Below the pieces are notes generated by a model. That model was given only the letters and a program-made list of their open reading frames with translations, searched no databases and was not told where the DNA came from. Made by a program: the position numbers and the translations under genes. Below, piece after piece: positions 1 through 11,431 of a stretch of 64,000 nucleotides of DNA (positions are counted from its first letter, which is position 1; every line of letters starts with the position of its first letter). The stretch is from Octopus sinensis (lineage: Eukaryota): NCBI RefSeq assembly GCF_006345805.1, contig NC_043004.1, positions 37,324,001 through 37,388,000 on the forward strand. The letters are read 5' to 3'.

Positions 1-300
1 TGTTCGAGGTATAAGGATGCAGTTGTGCATCGGTAGCCTGCTGGTAAAGTCAACTTGAGAGGTATAGAGAAAATATTAAATTACCAGAATCTAACCATTG
101 AGTTATAAAGGCTATGGAAAGTGAGGGTAAAGTGCATTCATAGATGATTTAGGAAAAATCCCTAGAGAAGTGAACAGATAGATAGAGAAAAAAACCATAA
201 AACCTAGTTTAGTGCCGCTCCAGAAAGCAGTATTATTAAAGACAAGCAGACTACTTTGGAGGGTTCTTTGCTTTTAGGGTCACTTGTAGCCCATATTAGG
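1..300 (+). mobile_element. Decayed 3' end (restriction-like endonuclease C-terminus) of an R4/Dong-like non-LTR retrotransposon
   Basis: Manual translation gives YQNLTIEL*RLWKVRVKC...PLQKAVLLKTSRLLWRVL, resembling the RLE tail of R4-type ORFs; stops and frameshifts present. Confidence 0.6.
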
Positions 301-339
301 AAGTTTTCTTTTCCAACAGTCTAATCTGTTATGCATGTG

Positions 340-2446
340 AAATATCAATATTAAATTAATTAATTTGTGAAAACAATGTAAAATTCAGAAAAGGAAGAGA
401 GATGAAGAGAAAATATAGATTCTCTCCAAAAGAAGAACTGCTTTCAGCAAAAGAAACACTGCAACCAAAATTCCAAGCAAAAGCTGGAAGAATATAAAGA
501 TTTGAGAAGAGAAACAGGTTTTGCAAGCAAACTAAGCTGCTCGCATCCAATGTGAAAACATTCTACAGAAAAATAGGGAGGGAGAAAATAACAGTTGAAG
601 ATTTCCCTCCCATGGAAGAAGTTGAAAACTTTTGAAAAGATATCTGGTGTGAGGAAAAGACATACAATGAAAACGCAGACTGGATTATATGCACAGAAGG
701 ATCCTACCAAAATTTACTAGAACAAGCATGGGAAGACATCGCAATAGAAGACGTAAGGATGACACTCAAGAAGGCCCATAAATGGAAAACCCCTGGTAAT
801 AATAGGGTGCCAAATTTCTGCCTCACATCGCCCCCTTGTGCACACGGAAAGTTAGTTCAGTTATTCAATGAAATTATTTGAGATCTTAAGAAAACACCTG
901 ACTGGTTAGCACTCCTGAGGAATAATGAAACCAAATTTCCCAAAAACTATCGGCCCATAATATCTCTGTCTACCACGTATAAAATTTTAGCATCCATCTT
1001 CGTGGAGAAAACATACAAATTTATGGAACAGAACGATATTTTCCCCACTGAACAAAAAGGGTGCCGACGAGACTCATATGAATGCAAAGACCAACTCTTA
1101 ATTAATTGCGTGATCCTTGAGAACTGTCATAACAAATGCAGAAATCTCAGTCACGCATGAGTTGATTATAAAAAGGCCTTTGACAGCATACCACATTCAT
1201 GAATCTTGAAATTGTTGGATATTTTCAAAATTTCTCTTGTGATTTCAAACTTCCTGAAGCACGATATGTCAGTGTGAAATACGAATCTCCAATTATACCA
1301 CTCTAATGAAGTACTGACCACAAACAATATTAATATCAACTGCAGCATTTTCCAAGGTGACTTACAGTCACTTTTAATTTTTTGCATAGCCTTAATACTC
1401 CTTACAAGTGAACAGAACAGGATATGGGTATAAAACTGATGACAAAAATAAGCCATTTAGTTTATATGGATGACTTAAAACTCTACGTCAAAGACGTTAA
1501 TGAGCTTGAAGGTTTATTGCGAACTGTGAAAGCATTCAGTGATGACATCAGGATGGAATTTGGTCTCGATAAATGTGCCAAGGCCACTTTCTAGAAAGGG
1601 AAATTAAAGACCTCACATTCAGTGGTATTAGATGTTGACACAGTTATAAAACAACTTGACCAGGAACAAACTTTCAAACACCTCAGAATAAATGAGGGCT
1701 CTGGTATTCAGCATGCAAGCATGAAAGCATGAAAGAGAAGATCAGGAAGAAATGTTACAGGTTAATCCGAGTTAAATGCACGTAACAAGGTGTTAGCTAT
1801 AAATTCCTTAGTAGTCCCAATTGTTATTTACACTTTCAACATGTTGAACTAGAATATGAGCAAAATAAGGAAGATTGACAGGAAAATCCATTAGCTGCAG
1901 ACTCGCTATAAGATGCACCACCCAAAAGCAAACGCAGATCGTTTTTACCTTCCCAGAGCCCAAGGAGGTCGAGGCTTGATCCAATTTGAAATCTCTTACA
2001 GAACCACCAGAATTGGGCTGACAAAATATCTGGCAACATCTAACGACTGGATGTTATAACTCGTTAAAAACCACGAGAGATGTAAGAAGCTTCATTCTGT
2101 CATGAAGGAGAGCAAAAAATTTACTAATGAGTTCATGCCTGATATCCAGATTGAACAACACGATGAAAGTGTGGCAACCGTTGTTGCAAAGAAAGTGAAA
2201 TAAATGGCAAAGCAAAAAGTGATTAAACAATTGGCTGATAGGTTTGAACAAAATCCTCTGCATAGCAAATATGTGGCCCATAGCAAACAAGCTAATGTAG
2301 ACCAAAAGCACACATATCTGTGGCTAGGGAACTCAGGTCTAAAGGCAGAGAGTGAAGGGTTTATCTTAGCTGCTCAAGATCAGAGTTTATTGACCCAGAA
2401 CTACAAATCCAATGTAAAGAAAAATGGAGTAGACCCAAAGTGCTGA
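340..2446 (+). mobile_element. Decayed R4/Dong-like LINE, reverse transcriptase region, truncated just at the CCHC knuckle
   Basis: Motifs NYRPI, EQKGCRR, KDQLLIN, DYKKAFDSIPH, GIFQGD, YMDDLKLY, GGRGL, and AAQDQSLLTQNY...DPKC (ORF 2204-2446); many stops and frameshifts. Confidence 0.85.
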
Positions 2447-3412
2447 TACTACATCTTGTTTTAACTTTCATCGTTTAAATCTTAAGAAGGTCTTACAGGC
2501 TTTTAGAATCCCAGATATCATGATCATTTGTAGCTTATAAATTAAGGATTTGTATTCTCTCCCTAAGATCCTAAGTTCAGCCATACTTTGGTCCAGATGA
2601 GTAGATATAAATATATATCCTGTTGCTCCAATAAAAATTGGTACTGGATTTGCAAACTCGTTATCAATAGTTTATATATGCTCTCTTTCTCTTGTATTTT
2701 TCTAACCACATTTGTGTCCAGGGGGTAGCTGATCCCCACTACAGAATACATCTTTTCTTTGTGGTCCCACGCAACGATATCTGACTGATTGTGTTTTAAT
2801 TTCGTGGCTATTTTAATTTTCAAGGTCTACCAATATTCTTTTGACCAATTGGTCTTAAAATGGTCAGCTTCGTCTGTAGGGTTTTTTGGGGGGCGGGGGG
2901 GGGTCCATTATTCTGTTCCAGACTGTTCTGGTTGCCTCATGGAGAAAATAATATCTGGAAGACCAACTATCACTGTTGATAATAATGTGGTTGATGTCTT
3001 CAGGCTTGGTCTTACAAAGCTTACATTTGTTGTCTGTCAACGTTTTCTGTCTTTTATTCTGTAGGTACTTAGTGGGAATCTCTTATTCTTAGATTCTTGA
3101 TGTAGACATCTATCACTTCTCAGTGAACTGGTCCATTTTCTCATTCTGTTGTTCTGATAAATAGATTTAACCAATGCTCCTTGGAGAGAGATTTGTATCA
3201 GCTCTTATTTCATACAAGCTTTCCTCAATTTCATTATCCTAATTATGTTGTTGGTTTCGTGGACACAAACTTGGACAAGATACTTACTGGTCTCATTCCT
3301 CTGCTGCAGATGTTGTTTCGAATCACAATCCATGCCTCATATGACATCAACACAAATTTAAGACTATGGTCACCATGCTTACATCGGAAGTATAGCCTGT
3401 CTACATCGCCAT
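2447..3412 (-). mobile_element. Second R4-like LINE 3' portion (zinc knuckle + RLE domain), different family, opposite strand
   Basis: Minus strand reads EIPTKYLQNKRQKTLTDNKCKLCKTKPEDINHII; ORF 2563-2823 KLKHNQSDIVAWDHKEK...ISYPLDTNVVRKIQEKESIY is a degenerate PD-(D/E)xK RLE. Confidence 0.75.
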
Positions 3413-3428
3413 TGATGTATGTGTGTGT

Positions 3429-3480
<52 letters not shown>

Positions 3481-3986
3481 ATGTATGTATGTATGTATGT
3501 ATGTATGTATGTATGTATGTATCATGCATGCATGTATGTATGCATGCATGTATGTATGCATACATGTATGTATGCATGCATGTATGTGTGCATGCATGCA
3601 TGTATGTATGCATGCATGCATGTATGTATGCATGTATGTATGAATGCATGAATGTATGCATGTATGTGTGCATGTATGTATGCATGCATGTATGTATGCA
3701 TGCATGTATGAATGCATTATGCATGTATGAATGCATATATGTATGCATGTATGTATGCATGCATGTATGTATGCATGCATGTATGTATGCATGCATGTAG
3801 GCATGTATGTGTGCATGTATGTATGTATGCATGTATGTATTATGCATGCATGTATGCATGTATGAATGCATGCATGTATGCATGTATGTATGCATACACA
3901 CATGCATGTGTGCATACACGCATGCATGCATGTGTGTAAGTATGCATGCTTGTATGCGTGTATGTATGTATGTATGTATGTATGTT

Positions 3987-4017
<31 letters not shown>

Positions 4018-4023
4018 ATGTGC

Positions 4024-4055
<32 letters not shown>

Positions 4056-4095
4056 TTCTGTGTGTGTGTATGTATGTATGTATGTATGTATGTAT
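3413..4095. repeat. Compound microsatellite (TG)n/(TATG)n/(TGCA)-mixed
   Basis: Directly visible; source of the spurious H/T/Y/M/C-rich ORFs. Confidence 0.97.
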
Positions 4096-4273
4096 AGTTC
4101 AATGACGATCATATCAGCAATTACGATGATTTCGCGTGAAATTAATATTAAAAAATTTGTCAAAGTGATACGTTACGGATGAGTGGAACAGTGTGAAAGA
4201 AATAATAAGTGCCTGCTACAGAAGACTTGAAAACGATGCCATTCGAAGGAAAAATACACTTTTATGGAAAAGG

Positions 4274-4440
4274 AAAATATTCTTTCCTACTCTAGGCACA
4301 AGGCCCGAAATTTGGGGGGAGGTCCAGTCGATTAGAGTGTTCCCAGTACGTAACTGGTGCTTAATTCATCAATCCCGAAAGGATAAAATGCAAAGTCGAC
4401 CTCGGCGGAATTTGAACTCAGAACATAAAGACAGACGAGA
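4274..4440 (-). mobile_element. SINE fragment (family with core GTTCAAATTCCGCCGAGGTCGAC)
   Basis: Reverse complement of the core seen at 9017-9244 and 58256-58400. Confidence 0.75.
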
Positions 4441-5879
4441 AAAAGGAAAATATTGTCGTTACTTGATAGTTAAGACTTGCAATTATAGAGACAAGGGAGG
4501 TAACTCTTGAATTATTTATCATGAGTTAGTTCCCCTATAGAACAAATCGTTATGAACGTTTCTACTTCTAAATGAATGTTTTTCTAACAAGGTCATGGGC
4601 GCAAGACTTCTGTAGCAACCAATCATTTATGAGGTAGAGAGTAACGAGTTTGCCCCAATTTCATAAGGTGCCTACTTTATGTTTATAAATATATTCGTCT
4701 TACAAGAAACTACAAGTTAAAACAACCGTCAATAAATTGTATTTCGTATGAAATATATATATTTAGAAGGAAAATATACTATTAACACTTGGTTGACAGG
4801 AGTTCTTCCTATGAAGATTTCTCCTGCTACCTGCTCACCCCGTAGCGAGGTTCCACTTACAAGGCATTAATTAGGGGATAGACTCTCAGAGATAATTGAA
4901 AAATTATTTGCTTTCTTAAGGAAAATGTCAAAGAAATAATTGTTTGATTTTTTTCTTTTTTTAACATCAGAATTTTCTTACCTTGAACTAACGACTAACA
5001 GCGTTATTTTCCTTTGATGTTTAATTCTTAGCTGTGTGTATTAATTGGTAATGGAAACTTAGTATACTCAGCATATGATAATATTGTATGGAACCACGCA
5101 GACTTCAGGTTAGTCATTCATTGACTTCACATCAAGTTTTGCTGCTTGATTATGAAGAGGTAAGATCTCTCACTTTCGACCTGGAATTTTGTAGGATAAA
5201 ATTATTAGAAACGATCTATTACAAGACACCATCATGGCACTACCAACTAAAAGAAGAGGACATGAAGTAACCTTGAAGTTAATATCTGTAAACTATCGAA
5301 GAACATAATTATTGCATTACTGCAAGACATATGGTGTGAAAGAAAGGGGATCTGAGACTGGCGGGTAAATGAAGAGGTATGACATTCTTATTGGTGGCCA
5401 CTTGGTATGGTACAGGAATATGACTATACGTTATGCAATGGCACCAAATATGTATCTTGCACTTTATCGTACTAAATCTAACCCAGATTCCAACAAAAGA
5501 TTTAAGGCAACTGCATCCTGTTGAACTAGATTCAGTAAAAAAACGAATCTGTTGTAGCGATAATCAATATTAAAACTGTAAGGAAAAGTAATTCTTGCTA
5601 TTTGAAGGCTTTCAAAATCACATCCCCGCATTCTTGAAATGCTGCCCATTGTGGTAGGGAGTTGGCAATATCAGAACTACAGCTATATCCTTAAAATTAG
5701 CAAGATTCAATCAGGACATTTTGATCAGTTAGTATAGCCCAAAGCCTATATTATAGTTTGAAAATTTGGAACTCATCCTACAAAATAACTAAACATATAC
5801 AATATATATATCAGATTGTATGATGCTTGCGTATGAACTGCAATGCTAATGATAGTGAGATATAAACCCTGACTGCAAA

Positions 5880-6250
5880 GACTAGAAAGACGTTAAGCCA
5901 GCATGCTTGTTTGGGTGTGCAATAGAAGTGTACATGAATGTGAAGTACAGTGTGTGGAAAGAAAAACTGAGCATCAGAGGAATCAGATGCGGTATACAGG
6001 AGCGAAAACAGTTTTGGAATGGTCATGTAAGGCATATGGATGAAAACATCTGCATAAAGAGGTACCAATTACTTACAGTGAATGGAACCTATGGAAGAGA
6101 AAGAGAGAGAGAGAGAGAGACCAAGGAAGTTATGAGATGAAGTGGTAAAGACTGATCTCAGGATGTTAAGCCTCATAGAGAAAATGACAAAGAACTAAAA
6201 TGATTGGTGATATACAGTGCTCAAGTAAACCCACTCTGCTATCCCCAAAA
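5880..6250 (+). mobile_element. RTE-clade LINE 3' ORF fragment
   Basis: KEKLSIRGIRCGIQERKQFWNGHVRHMDENICIK, similar to ORF 7335-7796. Confidence 0.8.
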
Positions 6251-6643
6251 TTCCAAAACTGAGGTTCTGTAAACATAATATATACAATTTTGTCTTTTTC
6301 CCATGTCCCTGTCAAGCCTACATTTGTCATTTCCACACCCATCTCCCTATCACAAATCCCTCTATCACTCTTCTATCTACTGTATTATTCTGCTCCTGTA
6401 ATTAATAAAAGCAGAACCCATTACTACATATCATGTTGTCACTCTTTCTGTACTGCTATATATAGGGGGCTGTTTGTGCTTGATTACAGCTCCCCGTTTT
6501 TCTGCTAGAATGCTGGTCAATTCATTTGAGTTCGCTTCAAACCAATCGGGCATTTTCCATTCTTTTTCTTCCCAAATACACGAAGGCCAATGCTGTAGCA
6601 TCTCCTTCGGGTGGGATGGCTGTGATAGACTGTTTGAGGGTTT

Positions 6644-8301
6644 TGCTTTGACAGGGTCCCCCGATCCTTTATCAGCTGGGCGATGCAGAAACTGGGGATT
6701 GACAAGTGGTTAATAAGAGCTGTACAGGGATGCCATTAGTAAGGTAAGGTTCAGCAATGAGTATAGTGAAGAATTTCGAGTACAAGTAGGGGTTCAACAA
6801 GGATCATCCCTCAGCCTCCTTTTATTCATCATAGTCCGCCAAGCAATAACAGGGGAATTCAAGACAGGTTGCCCCTGAAAACTCCTCTATGCTGATGGCC
6901 TGGCCCTCATAGTGGAATCACTACCAGGACTAGAGAAGAAATTTCAGGTGTTGAAGCAAGGTTTAGAATCAAAAGGCCTAGAAAGTAGGAAGGCGAACAC
7001 ATTACAAACCCCTTCAGGTAGGTGGCCCTGCTTGATCTGTAGAAAAGGTGTAGGTAGAAATTGCATAAGATGTACCCAGTATAAGCTATGGACACATAAG
7101 AGGTGCAACAACATCAAAGGAAGGTTAACTGGGAAGATAGCTTTTGTGTGTGGCAGATGCACAGGGGCAATCAGAAAACTGATTCCATCACATGCTAGGG
7201 GGAGAAACTAGAAATAGTTGATAGCTTTCACTACCTAGGTGACCAAACCTGTAGTTGGGGGTGGATGCTAGAAGAGTATTGCCACTAGAATAAGAATAGC
7301 CTGGGCAAAGTTCAGAAAGCTCTAACCACTACTTGTGACAAAGGGCCTCTCACTCAGAGTGAAAGGTAGATTGTATGATGCATGTGTGCGAACTGTCATG
7401 CTACATGGCAGTGAAACATGGGCCATGACTGCTGAAGACATGCATAGGCTTGAAAGAAATGAAGCTAGTATGATCAACTGGAGGTGTAATGTCAGTATGC
7501 ACACACTACAGAGTATAAGTGCCTTGAGAGAAAAATTGGACATAAGAAGCATCAGATGTGGTGTGCAAGAGAGACGTCTGCATTGGTATGGTCATGTGCA
7601 ACGTATGGATGAGGAGAGCTATATGAAGTACCAATCCCTAACAGTGGAAGGAACCCATCTTAGAGTGAGATGCAGGAAGACTTGGGATGAGGTTTGGAAG
7701 CATGACCTTCGAACATTGGGCCTCACAGAAGCAATAACAAAAGACCGAGACCTCTGGACGTATGCTGTGATTGAGAAGACCCAGCAAGGAAAGTAAAATC
7801 ACAGCCATAGCCTACACCAGTGTCGCATAACCAGCCCATTTAAAAACTACCTTTGAATCGTCGGGTAACATGCCATGCTTGAGGAGACCTAATGAGTCAA
7901 GTAAATCAAAATCAAATCACAATCAAATGGAAATTGTAGTTGTGGCCGATGCCAGTGCCACCTGACTGGTTCCCATGCTGATGGCACACAATAAGCACCA
8001 TACATGCATGGGTTGTTGCCAGTGCCATCTGACTGGCTCCCCGTGCCAGTGGAATGTAAAAGGCACCATCCAAATATGGCTGATGCCAGTGATGATTGAG
8101 TGGCTCCCGTGCTGGTGGCACGTAAAAAGCACCCACTACACTCTCAGAGTGGTGGGCGTTAGGAAGGGCATCCAGCTGTACAAACACTGCCAGATTAGAT
8201 TGGAGCCTGGTGCGACCTCCTGGCTTGCCAGTCCCCAGTCGAACCGTCCAACTCATGCCAGCATGGAAAACGGACATTAAACGATGATAATGATGATGAT
8301 G
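6644..8301 (+). mobile_element. 5'-truncated RTE-clade LINE: RT with PHD-like finger, C-terminal ORF, ~500 bp 3'UTR and (GAT)n tail
   Basis: AFDRVP...GVQQGSSLS...LYADGL; zinc-finger ORF 6912-7211; KGRLYDACVRTVMLHGSETW...LHWYGHVQRM ORF ending 7796; 3'UTR ends GGACATTAAACGATGATAATGATGATGATG. Confidence 0.9.
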
Positions 8302-8828
8302 AAGAAAGCATTATATGGATTGGCAGTGGTGCTGGTATCGTAAGTGATTAATTGATTATTGATGTCATTATGTTCATTAATTATATTATTATCATTGTAG
8401 CAATCATTGCAATTGTAAATCGATTGCTTTTTATTTATCTTGGGCTTCTGAGATAACTTTGTATTGGTTTTTCTATTATTATGTTTGGTATTATTAGTTT
8501 CATTTAAAATGATCTTAGGTTTGTTATCTTTATCAATTCCTTTTTCATATGTAGTTAGGTTGCCTGTTATATGTTTATTTTTAGTTATATAACTATTTAC
8601 GGTGGTATTACAAAGTTTACCAGTTTTATTTTTTTGCTTGTAATTATGTTCTCTTTATTAATGCCATTAGGTTGACAGTATTCAAATTTTCTCTCGATAT
8701 CCAGTGTTTACAAGACCTGTATTGTAGTGGAACACATGTCTATTAAATATTTCTCCATTGCAAGATAAATAGGTTAGGCTTATACCAATGCTGGAGGCTA
8801 ATGCATTTTTAATTGATCTTCAAAGGTT

Positions 8829-9290
8829 GCTTAGTGGAAGCATGTACAGATATAGGCTGCAGCAGGTTCTTCTTCTTTGTGTTGGCAGGTAAAGGCAGTG
8901 GCTGCAGCTGTTCCACGCGCTAAGTGGAAGCAGGCACAGATACAGGCCACAACAGGTACTAGAGCTTCATGGAAGCAGGCACAGATACAGTCTGCAGCAG
9001 GTCCTTGTCCTTGTGCAGTGAGCTGGCAGAATTGTTAGCACGCTGGGCGAAATGCTTTGCGGTATTTCATCTGCTGCTATGTTCTGAGTTCAAATTCCGC
9101 TGAGGTCGACCTTACCTTTCATCCTTTCGGGGTCGATTAAATAAGTACCAGTTATGCACTGGGGTCGATGTAATCGACTTAATCCATTTGTCTGTCCTTG
9201 TTTGTCCCCTCTGTGTTTAGCCCCTTGTGGGTAGTAAAGAAATAGGAAGCAAGTGCAGATACAGGCTGCAGCAGGTCCTTGTGCTAAGTG
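8829..9290. repeat. Degenerate 45-bp tandem repeat interrupted by a SINE
   Basis: GGAAGCAGGCACAGATACAGGCTGCAGCAGG-like units at 8836, 8926, 8971 and 9245; GGCTGCAGC at 8855 and 8900. Confidence 0.75.
9017..9244 (+). mobile_element. Near full-length SINE (GAGCTGGCAGAA...GTTCAAATTCC...GTAAAGAAATA)
   Basis: Pol III A/B-box-like head; several other copies in the window. Confidence 0.85.
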
Positions 9291-9522
9291 TATTCTGGTA
9301 TGACAATTTTGAAAAAGTTCGCTGTGTTAAGATTCACTATCAATCAATTTTCCTTATTTAGAAGAAACAGTCAACAGTTTTAACGTCTCGGGAATCTTTA
9401 ATGCCCAAACCAAAATTGACAACCCCTTACAATCACCAAATATCTCCCAAACTTAACCCCGTCCAAGTTAACCCTCTTCACCTTTACAAACAGTGGAATG
9501 GATGGGGAGGGGGCATTTGCTA

Positions 9523-9541
9523 GTATATATATATATATATT

Positions 9542-9598
<57 letters not shown>
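9523..9598. repeat. (TA)n microsatellite flanking a Tc1/mariner insertion
   Basis: Directly visible. Confidence 0.95.
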
Positions 9599-9601
<3 letters not shown>

Positions 9602-10842
9602 GGTGTCCCAAAAAAATGTATACACACTTTAGCAGCTGATAACTCAATTGATATTTTTTCTTTCCAGATGAAACCTATAGGATTTAATGATGGCAGTCAG
9701 ATTAAGCTTTGAACAAAGAAAATTCATTCTAAAATTATACTGGAAGCGTGAAAATGCAGTTGAAGTGCAAAAACAGTTGGGGAGGGAGTTTCAAACAGAT
9801 CCACCAATGCAACTCCCTATCACTTGAATTAGAGATAAGTTTGAAGCTGATGGAACTGTTCAGAATGTCCACGATAAGCATTCCAGAAGACCCCGAACAT
9901 CAACAACCCCAACAAAGCAAGGAGTACTGGAAATGAATCACCAAAGTCCAAGAAAATCTGTGTGGCAAAGCGAGTCATGAGGTAGATATTCCAAAATCAT
10001 CTGTCCAATGCATTTTGAAGCATTGTCAATGGAAAAGTTACATTCCAAGATTAGTCCATGCTATTAATGATGATGATCCAGACGAAAGAGTGCAGCATTG
10101 CGAGTGGTACTTGGAACGATGTGTAGAAGCTGCACACTTTCCAACAAAGATTGTGTGGAGTGATGAAGCCACATTCAAATTAAATGGTTCAATTAGCTGC
10201 CACAATTGCACCTACTGGGGTCCTGAGAATCTGCATGTTATGGTGAAACACCATGTTAATTTGATATTTGTGTGGTGTGGTTTATCATCAAGAGGATTAA
10301 TTGGACCATTCTTTTGTTATGCTACTGTGACTGGTCCCGTTTACTTGAACTTGTTGCAACAGTCTGTTATGCCAAGCATTAGAGAAGACTTGAAGATGAG
10401 GAGTTTATTTTCAGCAAGATGGGGCACCCCCACACTACCATTGCTATGTTAGATCCTTCCTTGATGAGATCTTGCTAAACAGGTGGATTGGATGAAGAGG
10501 TATGGTTGAATTCACCAGACCTCACACCACTAGACTTTTTTATGGGGATACCTTAAAGACAAATTCTACGCTATGAAACCTACAAGTCGCTGATTTGAGA
10601 GCAGCCATTGGACGAGAGTGCACACAAATACCAAACAAATTCTTTTGTGATATTTGTGATTCCATTCCTTTCCATTGTCAGCAGTGTCTGGACCAGACCG
10701 GACATCAGTTTGAAAACAGGCATTGACAAAACAATAAAATAATGTCTGTAGATTCTATTAAATTTTGAAAATGAAGTGTCTTTTAATAAACAACTACTTT
10801 ACAATTGTTTAAAGTGTGCATACATTTTTTGGGGACACCCTG
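9599..10842 (+). mobile_element. Full-length, inactivated Tc1/mariner transposon, probably DD41D (rosa/Visitor) family
   Basis: TIR CAGGGTGTCCCAAAAAAATGTATACACACTTTA matched by reverse complement at 10809-10842; TA on both sides; transposase remnants [45 protein letters not shown]. Confidence 0.92.
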
Positions 10843-11169
10843 TATATATATATATATTTACACGTATATATGAGTTAGAGGTTAGACAACCATTTAAGTG
10901 GTAATAAATACTACTGGGTGTATACCTATATATATCCAAATGCTTACTGTTGTAAGGTAACAGTGCAATTGAACTATTGGTATGAGTGGAAGTAAACAAA
11001 AGTTTAACCAGTTTATAAGACAAAGAAGAAAATGGAGAAGATAATTAGTTGACAACTAATTTTCTCAACTAATTATTTTCTTCCTTGCCTTATATATATA
11101 GTACAAAGTAAGTTAGGGGTTATGGGTGGAACCCACTATGGGATATCATTTATCCAATATTCTCCATTT

Positions 11170-11183
11170 TCTTATTTGTATTT

Positions 11184-11217
<34 letters not shown>

Positions 11218-11254
11218 CACCACACACATATATATATATACACACACACACATA

Positions 11255-11346
<92 letters not shown>

Positions 11347-11363
11347 TATATATATATATATAT
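11170..11363. repeat. (TA)n/(CA)n microsatellite
   Basis: Directly visible. Confidence 0.95.
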
Positions 11364-11380
11364 ATTTATTATATAGAAGG

Positions 11381-11431
11381 AGCTTCTACAGGACTAGAAC
11401 TGTTTCATTCAAGAGAAATCTTCAGGAAGCT
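11381..11431 (-). ncRNA. Putative type I hammerhead ribozyme (Penelope-like pLTR type), minus-strand copy
   Basis: Exact reverse complement of 15268-15318. Confidence 0.7.

Noticed and set aside
3379-4182. Long H/T/Y/M/C-rich ORFs (up to 233 aa)
   Set aside because: Translations of stop-free microsatellite; no coding signal
5060-5700. Donor-like GAG|GTAAGA and GAG|GTATGA sites with short ORFs
   Set aside because: No recognisable protein and no consistent exon chain
8340-8830. Possible NUMT or Penelope GIY-YIG remnant (minus-strand QPNGIN)
   Set aside because: Similarity is too short and stops are frequent in all frames
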